From the NCBI GenBank assembly GCA_043228905.1, contig JBHGNT010000003.1, forward strand, positions 23,188,001-23,252,000: a stretch of 64,000 nucleotides of DNA. Reading direction: 5' to 3'. Position 1 is the first letter of the stretch. Every line of letters starts with the position of its first letter. Made by a program: the position numbers and the translations under genes. Below are positions 61,005 to 64,000 of this stretch, one piece after another. Under the pieces are notes generated by a model, which searched no databases, had not been told where the DNA came from, and saw only the letters and a list, made by a program, of their open reading frames with translations. This DNA is from Azolla caroliniana. Its lineage: Eukaryota; Plantae; Polypodiophyta.

Positions 61005-63965
61005 AATATTTCTTCGACCGGAACTTCCATCGGTCCTTTCAACGCTCATCACATTGACTCTCCGTATATCTCGTACGGGGTAACAAAAAGAGGATTGGAA
61101 GACGTGCATGTGGCCATTGAGGGCCAAAGAAAAGCACAGGAAAGGGACGACGTTCGGCATAGGCGGTGCCAAACAAGGAAGGCGGAAGAAGGCACATGGC
61201 GGTGCCGGGAACGAGAGCGCGGGCATGTAACAGACGACATGGACTGGAGACCGGAAACATGATTGAGGGGCGGAGAATAATCATCCACACCCGCTTCGGA
61301 GATCTCGATGGCCCAGTTGGAGTGGCAACAACTTTTGTGGCAAGCCAAACCCGAGGTAACAAGTTGGTGGGGGTGAGGGGATGACTCCAAGCGGAAGGCT
61401 CCAAGCCATTGGCAACAGCGGAAGACGAAAATGGCCTAGCGAGCTACTACGGGGTGTTCCTCATACGCGGAGGACACCGGTATTCAGAGAAGCGGTGATG
61501 CACGATCTGGTCGGGCAAGGGCCGACGACACGTGCATGGGAAGTATCCGAAGTTCGTCACGGGCGGTGCCGAACATGAAAAGGGGATGCGCGGCACACGG
61601 AGGTGCCAGAGCGGGAACATCGGCGCGGAGGTAGGTTGCCGGTTTAGGTGATCTCGCGTAGAACGCCAGAGAGGGATCCTCCACACTGGTTCCAGAGACC
61701 TTGGCAGTTCAGGCCACCATGGCAACGTAAGACGAAGGAGAAGGTAGGTGGCGGCGAGGGGACGAAGGCAATGGAGATCAGCGTGGAACGAGAATCGGGA
61801 CGACGCGAAGGTCGACCGAGGCCAAGTAGGCCATACCGCGTATGCGAAGAAATGAAAAGCGTGCATATGGTCGAAGGAAGGGCCAACGGCGAAGCACGCG
61901 CATTACGGGACCACGGCAAATGACCTATCAATGGGTTGAACCAGCCTATGGGGAGGCAAACGCGGAGAAGGAATCGAGGCCAATAATTCGGACCGGCGAG
62001 GCCAACGTGCAGCCGGAATGCGGATTACGGAAGACCGGTTCCTCACCGGCCGGAGTCTCTCACACTTCTCCGAACTTGGCATGTACTGGTGGACGTGAGG
62101 TTTGGTGGGGCGGATGTCATGAAGATTCTGGGCCATGGTGAGAAACCGGGGAATATCAGAAGAATCGGCGGGGTGCATCATGTGCACTCACCCTTGTACA
62201 AATTGTGTAAATGATAGGGGCGCCATTATGGCGCCGGACAGTAGTTAGTTCGGGCAGAGGATCCCTTGTAATCAGGGATTTATCCCACATTGTAACGCAT
62301 CCCTCTCCTTGTTCTATAAAAGGAAGGGAGCGTCGTTTGTTAAGGGGTTGCCCATTTTGAGTCATAAGGGTATACCATTTTGGTCTAGGGTTATTTCCTT
62401 AAGAATTTTTCTAGGGTTAGTATTTTTCTTTGGGGGTCTTCTTCTTCTCCTCCTTCTTGAGAAGTTGGGGCACCGCAACCATGGCGGCAAAGCTGTGTTA
62501 GGGTTTGTGTTCTTCTTCTTCTCCTTCTTCGTCGTTGTGCGTGTTGAGACCTCGTGTCTATTGTGAGTGTAGCCTAGCTCGAGGCAGGGTTTGTATCTAT
62601 CTTTGTAAATATACATATCTATACATATATATAAGGATGCGAGAGTTTGAATCTCTGCCAGTGTAGGGTGTGTTTCCCTTACTCTGTTCTCTGTACATAC
62701 TCGGCGTGGTCTGAGTCAGTGTTGCGCGCTTATTCTCTCTCTCTCTCTCTCTCTCTCTTTTCTCTTGTCCTCGGCGGCTTCCTGTACGTGTCCGGAATAG
62801 CCCTGGTTTGTACCACGACTGGTGCAGTTGGACCGGAGAGGGTCGGCTTCCCAACATCCATCTCTTCCTGGTCCGAGACCCCCGTGCTCCCACCCTTCTA
62901 CACGCACGCGCGTAAGAGCGCGACAACGGTACCAAAGAAGAATGGAACCTTAAGGTTCACACAAGATCTTCAACCATGGAATAAAGTGACGATCCGCAAT
63001 GCCGGGATCGTTCCAAGTATGGATGAGTTCGGAGAAGCATTTGTGGGAAGGTCCATTTATTCTATGGGTGATCTCTACTCAGGCTATGATCAGTTTCAAC
63101 AAGCAGTTGAAAATAGAGACATTATAACAATGAGGACTCTGATTGGATTGGTACAAATGTGCACCTTACCTCAAAGCGCAACCAATTCAGTAGCACACAT
63201 GGTAAATGCCATGAACAAAGTTCTAAGAGACTGCATGCCAGATATTACGATGCCTTTCCTCGATATTATCCCTATAAAAGGGTGCCCCGAATAAAAAAAG
63301 GACGAGTCTTTAGATCAAGATGGATGTTGAAGATTTGTTTCAAACCATATTGAAGACTGCGAGAGAGTGCTACAAAGACTAGAAGGAGTCGGGCTCACAT
63401 TCTCAGGAGAAAAGTCGGCATTCGGGCAACATGAGGTCCTAATAGTGGGAGTCCGACATCTTTGCTGACCATACGGACGGAAACCCTCTCCTGTGAAGGT
63501 GAATGCTATTCAAGAGATGCGAGAAGAATGTATATCCCAAACAGGCGTGTGGCGATTCTTGGGAGCGTGTACCTTTTATCATATCTGGATTCCGTACTAC
63601 ATCATGTCGCCGAGCCATTACATGGATTGCTAAAGAAAAGAAAGAAGTTCGAATGGGGAGAGGATCAAACAAACGCGAGGTGTAGATTGAAGAAACTACT
63701 TCTTGAAGCTCCAGCGCCAAGAAAGGCCAACTATACTGATGGGAAGTTGATTTATGTGACTATGGATACAAGCCCAACCAGAATCGGGTGGGTCATCAAC
63801 CAAGAAGGAGAAGATAGTGCACGGTATGCCATCTGGTTCGAAGCAAAAGCCTCCATGAACGACAACAAGGATACGCCCAAATCAAGTGGGAACTTTGGGG
63901 TATTGTGTTTGCAGTGAAGATAGACAAGGACTACTTGATCGGGTCAGAAGTGATAATTGAGATGG

Positions 63966-64000
63966 TGTCGTGGAGAAAACCATCCCTCGGAGGAATCAGT
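63966..64000 (+). mobile_element. Start of another Gypsy-clade LTR inserted in the RNase H of element D
   Basis: TGTCGTGGAGAAAACC directly after ATGG, breaking the EVIIE(T)D motif. Confidence 0.75.

Larger units (their letters stand above)
55017..61085 (+). mobile_element. Heavily deleted LTR element (LTR 55017-55527, PBS-Arg-like, last ~41 bp of the 3' LTR) hosting a Copia
   Basis: Perfect TSD AAAAG (55012-55016 / 61086-61090); TGTTG...TAACA termini; TGGCACGCCCGTGGGA at 55533; CTCATCACATTGACTCTCCGTA.ATCTCGTACGGGGTAACA duplicated at ~55487 and ~61045. Confidence 0.75.
51210..62925 (+). mobile_element. Non-autonomous gag-only Gypsy-clade element (~5.1 kb net of insertions)
   Basis: LTRs 51210-52021 and 62115-62925; 4-bp TSD ACGG (51206-51209 / 62926-62929); PBS-Trp 52026-52042; degenerate gag from 52058; no PR/RT/INT motifs seen; PPT 62104-62114. 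Confidence 0.87.
42493..63965 (+). mobile_element. Gypsy element D, host of a large nest (own pieces 42493-44345, 50152-51209, 62930-63965)
   Basis: LTR end CCTCGACA at 42752; PBS TGGTGAACCCGACGTGAA 42760-42777; gag; protease IDHGSKINLM (~44208); GACPN|IPITIGDV rejoined across the Copia insertion; RFT|VPKKNG rejoined across the 51210 element; RT DLYSGYDQ. Confidence 0.85.

Noticed and set aside
55487-61085. Split direct repeats of a DIRS/Ngaro element
   Set aside because: No tyrosine recombinase is present; TG..CA ends, a PBS and a 5-bp TSD indicate a deleted LTR element.

Overview
This is a eukaryotic, transposon-saturated 64-kb window with no intact host gene, rRNA, true tRNA gene or CRISPR array. 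It most likely comes from a non-seed land plant (moss-like); this is inferred from the Tcn1-type chromoviruses, plant-type tRNA-Met/Trp/Arg primer sites and heavy C>T decay. It holds deep nests of LTR retrotransposons. There are two full-length Ty1/Copia elements with uninterrupted ~1360-aa polyproteins (12860-18189 +, 55591-61004 -), a degenerate relative with a different gag, Copia solo LTRs and relics, and two Tcn1-like chromoviruses. About ten copies or LTRs belong to one non-chromovirus Ty3/Gypsy clade. Also present are a tRNA-derived SINE, a hAT-type MITE, a Sola2-like transposase relic and a spliced RING-like pseudogene with an intronic palindromic minisatellite. The most striking signals are in the Gypsy clade: (i) a conserved -1 frameshift cassette (G GAT TTT TA(G/A), 6-nt spacer, covarying stem/pseudoknot) placed after the protease, (ii) 4-bp target sites centred on CG at every junction found, (iii) tRNA-Trp priming, and (iv) pol-less derivatives carrying arrays of ~80-bp hairpin modules. 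All coordinates and comparisons were made by eye, and lineage names are inferences.
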